In this document: positions 1-15,000 of the stretch, one piece after another
Layout: the number at the start of each line of letters is the position of its first letter
Position numbering within the stretch: position 1 is the stretch's first letter
From: the human T2T-CHM13v2.0 reference genome, Homo sapiens
Strand: one strand, 5' to 3'
Assembly: GCF_009914755.1 (NCBI RefSeq)
Contig: NC_060933.1
Length of the DNA: 64,000 nt
Notes under the pieces: generated by a model
What the model saw: the letters and a program-made list of their open reading frames with translations, nothing else
What the model was told of the DNA's origin: nothing
The model's database searches: none
Translations under genes and position numbers: made by a program

Positions 1-3000
1 GAATGGAATGGAATGCAATGGAATGGAATCTTCCGGAATGGAATGGAATGGAATGTAATGGAATGAAATGCAATGGATTCAACTCGATTGAAATGGAATG
101 GAATAGAATGGAATGGAATGGAATGGAATTAACCCGAATAGAATGGAATGGAATGCAATGGAACGGAATGGAATGGAATGGAATGGAATGGAATGCAATG
201 GAATGGAATCAACCCGAGTACAATGGAATGGAATGGAATGGAATGGAATGGAATGGAATGGAATGGAATGGAATGGAATGGAATGATACGGAATAGAATG
301 GAATGGAACGAAATGGAATGGAATGGAATGGAATGGAATGGAATGGAATGGAATGGAATCGTTCCGAGTGGAATAGGAGGGAATGTATTCGAGTGGAATG
401 GAAAGGAATGGAATCAACCAGAGTGGAATGGAAGGGAATGGAATGGAATGGAAACTAATAGAATGGAATCAACCCGAGAGGAATAGAATGGAAAGGACTG
501 GAATGGAATGGAATGGAATGGAATCAACTCGATTGTAATGGAATGGAATGGAATGGAATGGAATGGAATGGAATTAACCCGAATACAATGCAATGGAATG
601 GAATGGAACGGAATGGAGTGGAATGGAATGGAATCAACCCGAGTGCAGGGGAATGGAATGGAATGGAATGCAATGGAATGCAATCATCCGGAATGGAATG
701 GAATGGAATGGAATGCAAAGCAATGGAATCAACTCGATTGCAATGGAATGGAATGGAATGGAAAGGAATACATTGGAATCAACCCGAGTGGAATGGAATG
801 GAAAGGACTGGAATGGAGTGGAATGGAATGGAATGGAATGGAATGGAATCAACTCGATTGGAATGGAATGGAATGGAATGGAATGGAATGAAATGGAATT
901 AACCCGAATAGAATGGAATGGAATGGAATGGAACGGAACGGAACGGAACGGAACGGAACGGAATGGAATGGAATGGAATGGAATGGAATGGAATGGAAAC
1001 AACCCGACTGCAGGGGAATGGAATGGAATGGAATGCAATGGAATGGATTCAACTTGAATGGAATGGAAAGAATGGAATCAACACGAGTCGAATGGCATGG
1101 ATTGGAATGGAATGGAATGGAATCAACCCGAGTACAGGGGAATGGAATGGAATGGAACGCAATGGAATGGAATCATCCGTAATGGAATGGAAAGGAATGG
1201 AATGGAATGGAATGGAATGGAATGGAATGGAATGGAATGGAATGCAATGGAATGGAATCTTCCGGAATGGAATGGAATGGAATGGAATGGAATGCAATGG
1301 ATTCAAATCGATTGCAATGGAATGGAATAGAATGGAATGGAATGGAATGGAATGGAATGGAATGGAATTAAACCGAATAGAATGGAATGGAATGGTATGG
1401 AACGGAATGGAACGGAACGGAACGGAACGGAGTGGAATGGAATGGAATGGAATTGTATGCAATGGAATGGAATGGTACGGAATAGAATGGAATGGAAAGA
1501 ATTGGAATGGAATGGAATGGAATGGAATGGAATGGAATGGAATGGAATCAACCCGAGTGCAGGGGAATGTAATGGAACGGAATGCAATGGAATGGAATCA
1601 TCCGGAATGGAATGGAATGGAATGGAATGGAATGGAATCAATCCGAGTGCAATGGAATAGAGTGGAATGGAATGGAATGGAATGGAACAACCCGAATGGA
1701 ATGGAATGTAATGAAGAGTAAGGGAGTTGAATAGAATCAATCCGAATGAAATGGAATGGAATGCAACAGAATGGAATGGAATGGAATGGAATGGAATGCA
1801 ATGGAATTGAATCAAACCGAGTACAATGGAATGGAATGGAATGGAATGGAATGGAATGGAATGGAATGGAATGGAATGATACGGAATAGAATGGAATGGA
1901 ACGAAATGGAATGGAATGGAATGGAATGGATTGGAATGGAATGGAATGGAATGGAATGCCTTCAAACCGAATGGAATGGAAAGGAATGAAATCAAAACGA
2001 GTGGAATGGAATGGAATGGAATGGAATGGAATGGAATGATACGGAATAGAATGGAATGGAACGAAATGGAATGGAATGGAATGTAATGGAATGGAATGGA
2101 ATGGAATGGAATCGTTCCGAGTGGAATAGGAGGGAATGTATTCGAGTGGAATGGAAAGGAATGGAATCAACCAGAGTGGAATGGAAGGGAATGGAATGGA
2201 ATGGAAACTAATAGAATGGAATCAACCCGAGTGGAATGGAATGGAAAGGACTGGAATGGAAAGGAATGGAATGGAATGGAATGGAATGGAATGGAATGGA
2301 ATCAACGCGAGTGCAGGGGAATGGAATGGAATGGAATGGAATGGAATGGAATGGAATGGAATTTAATCAACCCGAGTGCAGGGGAATGTAATGGAACGGA
2401 ATGCAATGGAATGGAATCATCCGGAATGGAATGCAATGGAATGGAATGGAATCAACCCGAGTGCAATGGAATGGAGTGGAATGGAATGGAATTGAATGGA
2501 ACAATCCGAATGGAATGGAATGTAATGGAGAGTAAGGGAGTTGAAAAGAATCAATCCGAATGTAATGGAATGGAACGGAATGGAATGGAATGGAATGGAA
2601 TGGAATGGAATGGAATGGAATGGAATGCAATGGAATGGAATCAACCCGAGTACAATGGAATGGAATGGAATGGAATGGAATGGAATGGAATGATACGGAA
2701 TAGAATGGAATGGAACGAAATGGAATGGAATGGAATGGAATGGAATGGAATGGAATGGAATGGAATCGTTCCGAGTGGAATAGGAGGGAATGTATTCGAG
2801 TGGAATGGAAAGGAATGGAATCAACCAGAGTGGAATGGAAGGCAATGGAATGGAATGGAAACTAATAGAATGGAATCAACCCGAGTGGAATGGAATGGAA
2901 AGGAATGGAATGGAATGGAATGGAATGGAATCAACTCGATTGTAATGGAATGGAATGGAATGGAATGGAATGGAATGGAATGGAATGGAATGGAATGGAA

Positions 3001-6000
3001 TCAACCCGAGTGCAATGGAATGGAGTGGAATGGAATGGAATGGAATGGAACAACCTGAATGGAATGGAATGGAATGGAGAGTAAGGGAGTTGAATAGAAT
3101 CAATCCGCATGTAATGGAATTGAATGCAACGGAATGGAATTGAATGGAATGGAATGGAATGCAATGGAATGGAATCAACCCGAGTGCAATGGAATGGAGA
3201 GGAATGGAATGGAATGGAATGGAAACTACCCGAATGGAATGGAATGTAATGCAGTGTAAGGGAATTGAATAGAATCAATCCGAATGTAATGGAATGTAAT
3301 GGAATGGAATGGAATGGAATGGAATGGAATGGAATTGAATGGAATGGAATGCAATGGAATGGAATCAACCCGAGTGCAATCGAATGGAATCAAATTGAAT
3401 GGAATGCAATGGAATGGATTCAACTTGAATGGAATGGAAAGAATGGAATCAACACGAGTGGAATGGCATGGATTGGAATGGAATGGAATGGAATAAACCC
3501 GAGTACAGGGGAATGGAATGGAATGGAATGCAATGGAATGGAATCATCCGTAATGGAATGGAAAGGAATGGAATGGAATGGAATGGAATGGAATGGAATC
3601 AACTCGATTGCAATCGAATGGAATGGAATGGAATTAACCCGAATAGAATGGAATGGAATGGAATGGAACGGAACGGAATGGAATGGAATGGAATGGAATG
3701 GAATGGAATGGAATGCAATGGAATGGAATGGAATGGAATGGAATGGAATGGTATGGAATGGAATGGAATGGTACGGAATAGAATGGAATCCAACGAATTG
3801 TAATGGAATGTAATTGAATGGAATGGAATGGAATGGAATGAACGCGTGTGCAGGGGAATGTAATGGAACGGAATGCAATGGAATGGAATCATCCGGAATG
3901 GAATGGAATGGAATGGAATGGAATCAACCCTAGTGCAATGGAATGGAGTGGAATGGAATGGAATGGAATGGAACAACCGGTATGGAATGGAATGTAATGG
4001 AGAGTAAGGGATTTGAATAGAATCAATCCGAATGTAATGGAATGGAATGCAAGGGAATGGAATGGAATGGAATGGAATGGAATGCAATGGAATGGAATCA
4101 ACCCGAGTACAATGGAATGGAATGGAATGGAATGGAATGGAATGCCTTCAAACCGAATGGAATGGAAAGGAATGGAATCAACACGAGTGGAATGGAATGG
4201 AATGGAATGGAACGGAATGGAATGGAATGATATGGAATAGAATGGAATGGAACGAATTGGAATCGAATGGAATGGAATGGAATGGAATCGTTCCGAGTGG
4301 AATAGGAGGGAATGTATTCGAGTGGAATGGAAAGGAATGGAATCAACCAGAGTGGAATGGAAGGGAATGGAATGGAATGGAAACTAATGGAATGGAATCA
4401 ACCCGAGTGGAATGGAAAGGAAAGGACTGGAATGGAATGGAATGGAATGGAATGGAATGGAATCAACTCGATTGTAATGGAATGGAATGGAATGGAATGG
4501 AATGGAATGGAATTAACCCGAATACAATGGAATGGAATGGAATGGAACGGAATGGAGTGGAATGGAATGGAATCAACCCGAGTACAGGGGAATGGAATGG
4601 AATAGAATGCAATGGAATGGAATCATCCGGAATGGAATGGAATGGAATGGAATGCAAAGCAATGGAATCAACTCGATTGCAATGGAATGGAATGGAATGG
4701 AAAGGAATACATTGGAATCAACCCGAGTGGAATGGAATGGAAAGGACTGGAATGGAGTGGAATGGAATGGATTGGAATGGAATGGAATCAACTCGATTGG
4801 AATGGAATGGAATGGAATGGAATGGAATGGAATGGAATGGAATTAACCCGAATAGAATGGAATGGAATGGAATGGAATGGAACGGAATGGAATGGAATGG
4901 AATGGAATGGAATGGAATGGAATCAACCCGACTGCAGGGGTATGGAATGGAAGGGATTGCAATGGAATGGATTCAACTTGAATGGAATGGAAAGAATGGA
5001 ATCAACACGAGTGGAATGGCATGGATTGGAATGGAATGGAATGGAATCAACCCGAGTACAGGGGAATGGAATGGAATGGAATGCAATGGAATGGAATCAT
5101 CCGTAATTGAATGAAAAGGAATGGAATGGAATGCAATGGAATGGAATGAAATCAACTCGATTGCAATCGAATGGAATGGAATGGAATTAACCCGAATAGA
5201 ATGGAATGGAATGGAATGGAACGGAACGGATCGGAATGGAATGGAATGGAATGGAATGGAATGGAATGGAATGGAATCAACGCGAGTGCAGGGGAATGGA
5301 ATGGAATGGAATGCAATGGAATGGAATCTTCCGGAATGGAATGGAATGGAATGGAATGAAATGGAATAAACCTGAGTGCAATGGAATGGAGTGGAATGGA
5401 ATGGAATGGAATGGAACAAGCCGAATGCAATGGAATGTAATGGAGAGTAAGGGAGTTGAATAGAGTCAATCCGAATGTAATGGAATGGAATGGAACGGAA
5501 TGGAATGGAATGGAATGCAATGGAATGGAATCAACCCGAGTGCAATGGAATGAAGAGGAATGGAATGGAATGGAATGGAAACTACCCGAATGGAATGGAA
5601 TGTAATGGAGTGTAAGGGAATTGAATAGAATCAATCCGAATGTAATGGAATGGAATGGAACGGAATGGAATGGAATGGAATGGAATGGAATGGAATGGAA
5701 TGCAATGGAATGGAATCAACCCGAGTGCAATCGAATGGAATCGAATGGAATGGAATGCAATGGAATAGATTCAACTTGAATGGAATGGAAAGAATGGAAT
5801 CAACACGAGTGGAAGGGCATGGATTGGAATGCAAAGGAATGGAATCAACCCGATTACAGGGGAATGGAATGGAATGGAATGCAATGGAATGGAATCATCC
5901 GTAATGGAATGGAAAGGAATGGAATGGAATGGAATGGAATGGAATGGAATCAACACGATTGCAATCGAATGGAATGGAGTGGAATTAACCCGAATAGAAT

Positions 6001-7211
6001 GGAATGGAATGGAATGGAACGGAACGGAATGGAATGGAATGGAATGGAATGGAATGGAACGGAACGGAACGGAATGGAATGGAATGGAATGGAATGGAAT
6101 GGAATGGAATGGAATCAACGCGAGTGCAGGGGAATGGCATGGAATGGAATGCAATGGAATGGAATCTTCCGGAATGGAATGGAATAGAATGGAATGAAAT
6201 GCAATGGATTCAACTCGGTTGCAATGGAATGGAATAGAATGGAATGGAATGGAATGGAATGGGATTAACCCGAATAGAATGGAATTGAATGGAATGAAAC
6301 GGAATGGAACGGAATGGAATGCAACGGAATGGAACGGAATGGAATGGAATGGAATGGAATGGAATGGAATGGTATGGAATGGAATGGAATGGTACGGAAT
6401 AGAATGGAATGGAACGAATTGTAATGGAATGGAATTGAATGGAAAGGAATGGAATGGAATGGAATCAACGCGAGTGCAGGGGAATGTAATGGAACGGAAT
6501 GCAATGGAATGGAATCATCCGGAATGGAATGGAATGGAATGGAATGGAATGGAATGGAATCAACCCGAGTGCAATGGAATGGAGTGGAATGGAATGGAAT
6601 GGAATGGAACAATCCGAATGGAATGGAATGTAATGGAGAGTAAGGGAGTTGAATAGAATCAATCCGAATGTAATGGAATGGAATGCAACAGAATGGAATG
6701 GAATGGAATGGAATGGAATGGAATGCAAAGGAATTTAATCAACCCGAGTGGAATGGCATGGAATGGAATGCAATGGATTGGAATGGAATGGAATCAACTC
6801 GAGTGGAAAGGAATGGAATGGAATGGAAAGGAATGGAATGAACTCAACTCGAGTGGAATGGAATGGAATGGAATGGATTGGAATGGATTGCAATGGAATG
6901 AACTGGAATGGAATGGAATGGAATCAATCATGGAAGGGAATGTAATGGAGTGGAAAGAAGGGAATGGAATCAACCCGAGTGGAATGCAAGGCAATGGAAT
7001 GGAATGGAAAGGAATGGAATGCAATCAACTCGATTGCAATGGAATGGAATGGAATGGAATGGAATGGAGTTAACCGGAATAGAATGGAATGGAACGGAAT
7101 GGAATGGAATGGAAGGGAATGGAATCAACACGAGTGCAGGGGAATGGAATGGAATGGAATGCAATGGAATGGAATCATCCGGAATGGAATGGAATGGAAT
7201 GGAATAAACCC
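1..7211 (+). repeat. HSat3 block 1, G-rich (GGAAT) strand on +, dialect A
   Basis: GGAAT on + until ...GGAATAAACCC at 7201-7211. Confidence 0.97.
25..39. promoter_or_regulatory. Perfect heat-shock element nGAAn-nTTCn-nGAAn (first of 29 counted)
   Basis: GGAAT-CTTCC-GGAAT matches the canonical HSF trimer site; function is not shown by the sequence. Confidence 0.6.
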
Positions 7212-7230
7212 ATTCCGTTCCATTGTACTC
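7201..7230. other. Strand-switch junction 1 (convergent G-rich strands)
   Basis: GGAATAAAC[CC]ATTCCGTTCCATTGTACTC; CC at 7210-7211 fits both orientations. Confidence 0.95.
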
Positions 7231-10200
7231 GGGTTGATTCCATTCCATTGCATTCCTTTCCATTCCATTCCATTCCATTCCATTCCAATCCATTCCATTC
7301 CGTTTCATTCCATTACATTCGGATTGATTCTATTCAACTCCCTTACTCTCCATTACATTCCATTCCATTCGGGTTGTTCCATTCCATTCCATTCCATTCC
7401 ACTCCATTCCATTGCACTCCGGTTGATTCCATTCCATTCCATTCCATTCCATTCGATTCCATTCCATTCCAATTCTTTCCATTCCATTCTATTCCGTACC
7501 ATGCCATTCCATTCCATACAATTCCATTCCATTCCATTCCACTCATTCCACTCCGTTCCGTTCCGTTCCGTTCCGTTCCATTCCATTCCATTCCATTCTA
7601 TTCGGGTTAATTCCATTCCATTCCATTCGATTGCAATCGAGTTGATTCCATTCCATTCCATTCCATTCCATTCCATTCCATTCCATTCCTTTCCATTCCA
7701 TTACGGATGATTCCATTCCATTGCATTCCATTCCATTCCATTCCCCTGTGCTCGGGTTGATTCCATTCCATTCCATTCCAATCCATGGCATTCCACTCGT
7801 GTTGATTCCATTCTTTCCATTCCATTCAAGTTGAATCCATTCCATTGCATTCCATTCCATTCGATTCCATTCGATTGCACTCGGGTTGATTCCATTCCAT
7901 TGCATTCCATTCCATTCGATTCCATTCCATTCCATTCCATTCCATTCCATTCCGTTCCATTCCATTCCATTACATTCGGATTGATTCTATTCAATTCCCT
8001 TACACTCCATTACATTCCATTCCATTCGGGTAGTTTCCATTCCATTCCATTCCATTCCTCTCCATTCCATTGCACTCGGGTTGATTCCATTCCATTCCAT
8101 TCCATTCAATTCCATTCCGTTCCATTCCATTCCATTACATTCGGATTGATTCTATTCAACTCCCTTACTCTCCATTACATTGCATTCCATTCGGGTTGTT
8201 CCATTCCATTCCATTCCATTCCACTCCATTCCATTGCACTCGGGTTTATTCCATTCCATTCCATTCCATTCCATTCCATTCCATTCCATTCCATTCCATT
8301 ACATTCGGATTGATTCTATTCAATTCCCTTACACTCCATTACATTCCATTCCATTCGGGTAGTTTCCACTCCATTCCATTCCATTCCGCTCCATTCTATT
8401 GCACTTGGGTTGATTCCATTCCATTCCATTCCATTCCATTCCATTCCATTCCATGCCATTCCATTCCATTCCATTCCGTTCCATTGTACTCGGGTTGATT
8501 CCATTCCATTGCATTCCATTCCATTCCATTCCATTCCATTCCATTCCGTTCCATTCCATTACATTCGGATTGATTCTATTCAACTCCCTAACTCTCCATT
8601 ACATTCCATTCCATTCGGGTTGTTCCATTCCATTCCATTCCATTCCACTCCATTCCATTGCACTCGGGTTGATTCCATTCCATTCCATTCCATTCAATTC
8701 CATTCCATTCCATTCCGGATGATTCCATTCCATTGCATTCCGTTCCATTACATTCCCCTGCACTCGGGTTGATTCCATTCCATTCCACTCCATTCCATTC
8801 GATTCCATTCCATTCCAATTCTTTCCATTCCATTCTATTCCGTAACATTCCATTCCATTCCATACAATTCCATTCCATTCCATTCCACTCCGTTCCGTTC
8901 CGTTCCGTTCCGTTCCATTCTATTCCATTCCATTCTATTCGGTTTAATTCCATTCCATTCCATTCCATTCCATTCTATTCCATTCCATTGCAATCGAGTT
9001 GAGTCCATTGCATTCCATTCCATTCCATTCCATTCCATTCCATTCCGGAAGATTCCATTCCATTGCATTCCATTCCATTCCATTCCATTCCATTCCATTC
9101 CATTCCATTCCATTCCATTGTACTCGGGTTGATTCCATTCCATTGCATTCCATTCCATTCCATTCCATTCCATTCCATTCCATTCCGTTCCATTCCATTC
9201 CATTACATTCAGATTGATTCTTTTCAACTCCCTTACTCTCCATTACATTCCATTCCATTCGGGTTGTTCCATTCCATTCCTTTCCATTCCACTCCATTCC
9301 ATTGCACTCGGGTTGATTCCATTCCATTCCATTCCATTCCATTCCGGATGATTCCATTCCATTGCATTCCGTTCCATTACATTCCCCTGCACTCGGGTTG
9401 ATTCCATTCCATTCCATTCCATTCCATTCCATTCCATTCCCCTGCACTCGCGTTGATTCCATTCCATTCCATTCCATTCCATTCCATTCCATTCCATTCC
9501 TTTCCATTCCAGTCCTTTCCATTCCATTCCACTCGGGTTGATTCCATTCTATTAGTTTCCATTCCATTCCATTACCTTCCATTCCACTGTAGTTGATTCC
9601 ATTCCTTTCCATTCCACTCGAATACGTTCCCTCCTATTCCACTCGGAACGATTCCATTCCATTCCATTCCATTCCATTCCATTCCATTCCATTCCATTCC
9701 ATTTCGTTGCATTCCATTCTATTCCGTATCATTCCATTCCATTCCATTCCATTCCATTCCATTCCACTCGTGTTGATTCCATTCCTTTCCATTCCTTTCG
9801 GTTTGAAGGCATTCCATTCCATTCCATTCCATTCCATTCCATTCCATTCCATTCCGTTCCATTCCATTCCATTACATTCGGATTGATTCTATTCAATTCC
9901 CTTACACTCCATTCCATTCCATTCCATTCGGGTAGTCTCCATTCCATTCCATTCCATTCCTCTCCATTCCATTGCACTCGGGTTGATTCCATTCCATTCC
10001 ATTCCATTCAATTCCATTCCGTTCCATTCCTTTCCATTACATTCGGATTGATTCTATTTAACTCCCTTACTCTCCATTACATTCCATTCCATTCGGGTTG
10101 TTCCATTCCATTCCATTCCATTCCACTCCATTCCATTGCACTCGGGTTTTTTCCATTCCATTCCATTCCATTCCATTCCATTCCATTCCATTCCGGAAGA

Positions 10201-12039
10201 TTCCATTCCATTGCATTCCATTCCATTCCATTCCCCTGAACTCGCGTTGATTCCATTCCATTCCATTCCTTTCCGTTCCATTCCATTCCATTCCATTCCA
10301 TTCCAATCCATTCCATTCCGTTCCGTTCCGTTCCATTCCATTCCATTCCATTCTATTCGGGTTAATTCCATTCCATTCCATTCGATTGCAATCGAGTTGA
10401 TTCCATTCCATTCTATTCCATTCCATTCCATTCCATTCCATTCCATTCCTTTCCATTCCATTACGGATGATTCCATTCCATTGCATTCCATTCCATTCCA
10501 TTCCCATGTACTCGGGTTGATTCCATTCCATTCCATTCCAATCCATGCCATTCCACTCGTGTTGATTCCATTCTTTCCATTCCATTCAAGTTGAATCCAT
10601 TCCATTGCATTTAATTCCATTCCATTCCCCTGCACTCACGTTGATTCCATTCCATTCCATTCCATCTCATTCCATTCCGTACCGTTCCATTCCATTCCGT
10701 TCCATTCCGTTCCGTTCCATTCCATTCCATTCCATTCTATTCGGGTTAATTCCATTCCATTCCATTCGATTGCAATCGAGTTGATTCCATTCCATTCCAT
10801 TCCATTCCATTCCATTCCATTCCATTCCTTTCCATTCCATTACGGATGATTCCATTCCATTGCATTCCATTCCATTCCATTCCCCTGTACTCGGGTTGAT
10901 TCCATTCCATTCCATTCCAATCCATGGCATTCCACTCGTGTTGATTCCATTCTTTCCATTCCATTCAAGTTGAATCCATTCCATTGCATTCCATTCCATT
11001 CGATTCCATTCGATTGCACTCGGGTTGATTCCATTCCATTGCATTCCATTCCATTCGATTCCATTCCATTCCATTCCATTCCATTCCATTCCGTTCCATT
11101 CCATTCCATTACATTCGGATTGATTCTATTCAATTCCGTTACACTCCATTACATTCCATTCCATTCGGGTAGTTTCCATTCCATTCCATTCCATTCCTCT
11201 CCATTCCATTGCACTCGGGTTGATTCCATTCCATTCCATTCCATTCAATTCCATTCCGTTCCATTCCATTCCATTACATTCGGATTGATTCTATTCAACT
11301 CCCTTACTCTCCATTACATTCCATTCCATTCGGGTTGTTCCATTCCATTCCATTCCATTCCACTCCATTCCATTGTACTCGGGTTTATTCCATTCCATTC
11401 CATTCCATTCCATTCCGTTCCGTTCCATTCCATTCCATTCCATTCTATTCGGGTTAATTCCATTCCATTCCATTCCATTCCATTCCAATCGAGTTGATTC
11501 CATTCCATTCCATTCCATTCCATTCCACTCCATTCCAGTCCTTTCCATTCCATTCCACTCGGGTTGATTCCAATGTATTCCTTTCCATTCCATTTCATTC
11601 CATTGCAATCGAGTTGATTCCATTGCTTTGCATTCCATTCCTTTCCATTCCATTCCGGATGATTCCATTCCATTGCATTCCATTCCATTCCATTCTCCTG
11701 CACTCGGGTTGATTCCATTCCATTCCACTCCATTCCATTCCATTCCATTCCATTCCATTGTATTCGGGTTAATTCCATTCCATTGCATTCCATTCCATTC
11801 CATTCCATTACAATCGAGTTGATTCCATTCCATTCCATTCCATTCCAATCCTTTCCATTCCATTCCACTTGGGTTGATTCCATTCTATTAGTTTCCATTC
11901 CATTCCATTCCCTTCCATTCCACTCTGGTTGATACCTTTCCTTTCCATTCCACTCGAATACATTCCCTCCTATTCCACTCGGAACGATTCCATTCCATTC
12001 CATTCCATTCCATTCCATTCCATTCCATTCCATTCCATT

Positions 12040-15000
12040 CCATTGTACTCGGGTTGATTCAATTCCATTGCATTCCATTCCATTCCATTCCATTCCATTC
12101 CGTTGCATTCCATTCCATTACTTTCGGATTCATTCTATTCAACTCCCTTACTCTCCATTACATTCCATTCCATTCGGGTTGTTCCATTCCATTCCATTCC
12201 ATTCCACTCCATTCCATTGCACTCGGGTTGATTCCATTCCATTCCATTCCATTCCATTCCATTCCGGATGATTCCATTCCATTGCATTCCGTTCCATTAC
12301 ATTCCCCTGCACTCGCGTTGATTCCATTCCATTCCATTCCATTCCATTCAATTACATTCCATTACAATTCGTTCGATTCCATTCTATTCCCTACCATTCC
12401 ATTCCATTCCATACCCTTCCATTCCATTCCATTCCATTCCATTCCGTTCCATTCCGTTCCATTCCATTCCATTCCATTCTATTCGGATTAATTCCATTCC
12501 ATTCCATTCCATTCCATTCTATTCCATTCCATTGCAATCGAGTTGAATCCATTGCATTTCATTCCATTCCATTCCATTCCATTCCATTCCGGAAGATTCC
12601 ATTCCATTGCATTCCATTCCATTCCATTCCTCTGCACTCGCGTTGATTCCATTCCATTCCAATCCATTCCATTCCATTCCATTCCATTCCATTCCGTTCC
12701 GTTCCATTCCATTCCACTCCATTCCATTCCATTCCGTTCCGTTCCATTCCATTCCATTCCATTCTATTCGGGTTAATTCCATTCCATTCCATTCGATTGC
12801 AATCGAGTTGATTCCATTCCATTCCATTCCATTCCATTCCATTCCTTTCCATTCCATTACGGATGATTCCATTCCATTGCATTCCATTCCATTCCATTCC
12901 CCTGTCCTCGGGTTGATTCCATTCCATTCCATTCCAATCCATGCCATTCCACTCGTGTTGATTCCATTCTTTCCATTCCATTCAAGTTGAATCCATTCCA
13001 TTGCATTCCATTCCATTCGATTCCATTCGATTGCACTCGGGTTGATTCCATTCCATTGCATTCCATTCCATTCCATTCCATTCCATTCCATTCCATTCCG
13101 TTTCATTCCATTACTTTCGGATTGATTCTATTCAATTCCCTTACACTCCATTACATTCCATTCCATTCGGGTAGTTTCCATTCCATTCCATTCCATTCCT
13201 CTCCATTCCATTGCAGTCGGGTTGATTCCATTCCATTGCATTCCATTCCATTCCATTCAATTCCATTCCGTTCCATTCCATTCCATTACATTCGGATTGA
13301 TTCTATTCAACTCCCTTACTCTCCATTACATTCCATTCCATTCGGGTTGTTCCATTCCATTCCATTCCATTCCACTCCATTCCATTGCACTCGGGTTGAT
13401 TCCATTCCATTCCATTCCATTCCATTCCATTCCATTCCATTCCATTGCATTCCATTCCATTGCATTCCATTCCATTCCATTCCCCTGCACTCGCGTTGAT
13501 TCCATTCCATTCCATTCCATTCTATTCCATTCCATTCCATTCCATTCCATTCCATTCCATTCCATTCCGTTCCGTTCCATTCCATTCCATTCCATTCCAT
13601 TCCAATCCATTCCATTCCGTTCCGTTCCGTTCCATTCCATTCCATTCCATTCTATTTGGTTTAATTCCATTCCATTCCATTCGATTGCAATCGAGTTGAT
13701 TCCATTCCATTCCATTCCATTCCATTCCATTCCATTCCTTTCCATTCCATTACGGATGATTCCATTCCATTGCATTCCATTCCATTCCATTCCCCTGTAC
13801 TCGGGTTGATTCCATTCCATTCCATTCCAATCCATGCCATTCCACTCGTGTTGATTCCATTCTTTCCATTCCATTCAAGTTGAACCCATTCCATTGCATT
13901 CCATTCCATTCCATTCCCCTGCAGTCTGGTTGTTTCCATTCCATTCCATTCCATTCCGTTCCGTTCCATTCCATTCCATTCCATTCTATTCGGGTTAATT
14001 CCATTCCATTCCATTCCATTCCATTCCGTTCCATTCCATTCCATTCCATTCTATTCGGGTTAATTCCATTCCATTCCATTCCATTGCATTCCAATCGAGT
14101 TGATTCCATTCCATTCCATTCCATTCCAGTCCATTCCAGTCCTTTCCATTCCATTCCACTCGGGTTGATTCCAATGTATTCCTTTCCATTCCATTCCATT
14201 CCATTGCAATCGAGTTGATTCCATTGCTTTGCATTCCATTCCATTCCATTCCATTCCATTCCGGATGATTCCATTCCATTGCATTCCATTCCATTCCATT
14301 CCCCAGCACTCGGGTATATTCCATTCCATTCCATTCCATTCCATTCCATTCCATTCCATTTCGTTCCATTCCATTCTATTCCGTATCATTCCATTCCATT
14401 CCATTCCATTCCATTCCATTCCATTCCACTCCATTCCATTCCATTGTACTCGGGTTGATTCAATTCCATTGCATTCCATTCCATTCCATTCCATTCCATT
14501 CCGTTGCATTCCATTCCATTACTTTCGGATTCATTCTATTCAACTCCCTTACTCTCCATTACATTCCATTCCATTCTGGTTGTTCCATTCCATTCCATTC
14601 CATTCCACTCCATTCCATTGCACTCGGGTTGATTCCATTCCATTCCATTCCATTCCATTCCATTCCGGATGATTCCATTCCATTGCATTCCTTTCCATTA
14701 CATTCCCCTGCACTCGCGTTGATTCCATTGCATTCCATTCCATTACATTCAATTCCATTCCATTTCAATTCGTTCCATTCCATTCTATTCCGTACCATTC
14801 CATTCCATTCCATACAATTCCATTCCATTCCATTCCATTCCATTCCGTTCCATTCCGTTCCATTGCATTCCATTCCATTCTATTCGGATTAATTCCATTC
14901 CATTCCATTCCATTCCATTCTATTCCATTCCATTGCAATCGAGTTGACTCCATTGCATTTCATTCCATTCCATTCCATTCCATTCCATTCCGGAAGATTC

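Noticed and set aside
7000-7450. Perfect fold-back palindrome at the junctions
   Set aside because: Variant modules on the two sides do not mirror each other immediately. The start of the inverted block resembles ~1400-1830 instead, and complementarity next to the junction is only generic pentamer pairing.
6964-7710. ORFs that switch from MEWNG to IPFHS composition (also 28383-28616)
   Set aside because: They simply read through the strand-switch junctions and are not chimeric genes
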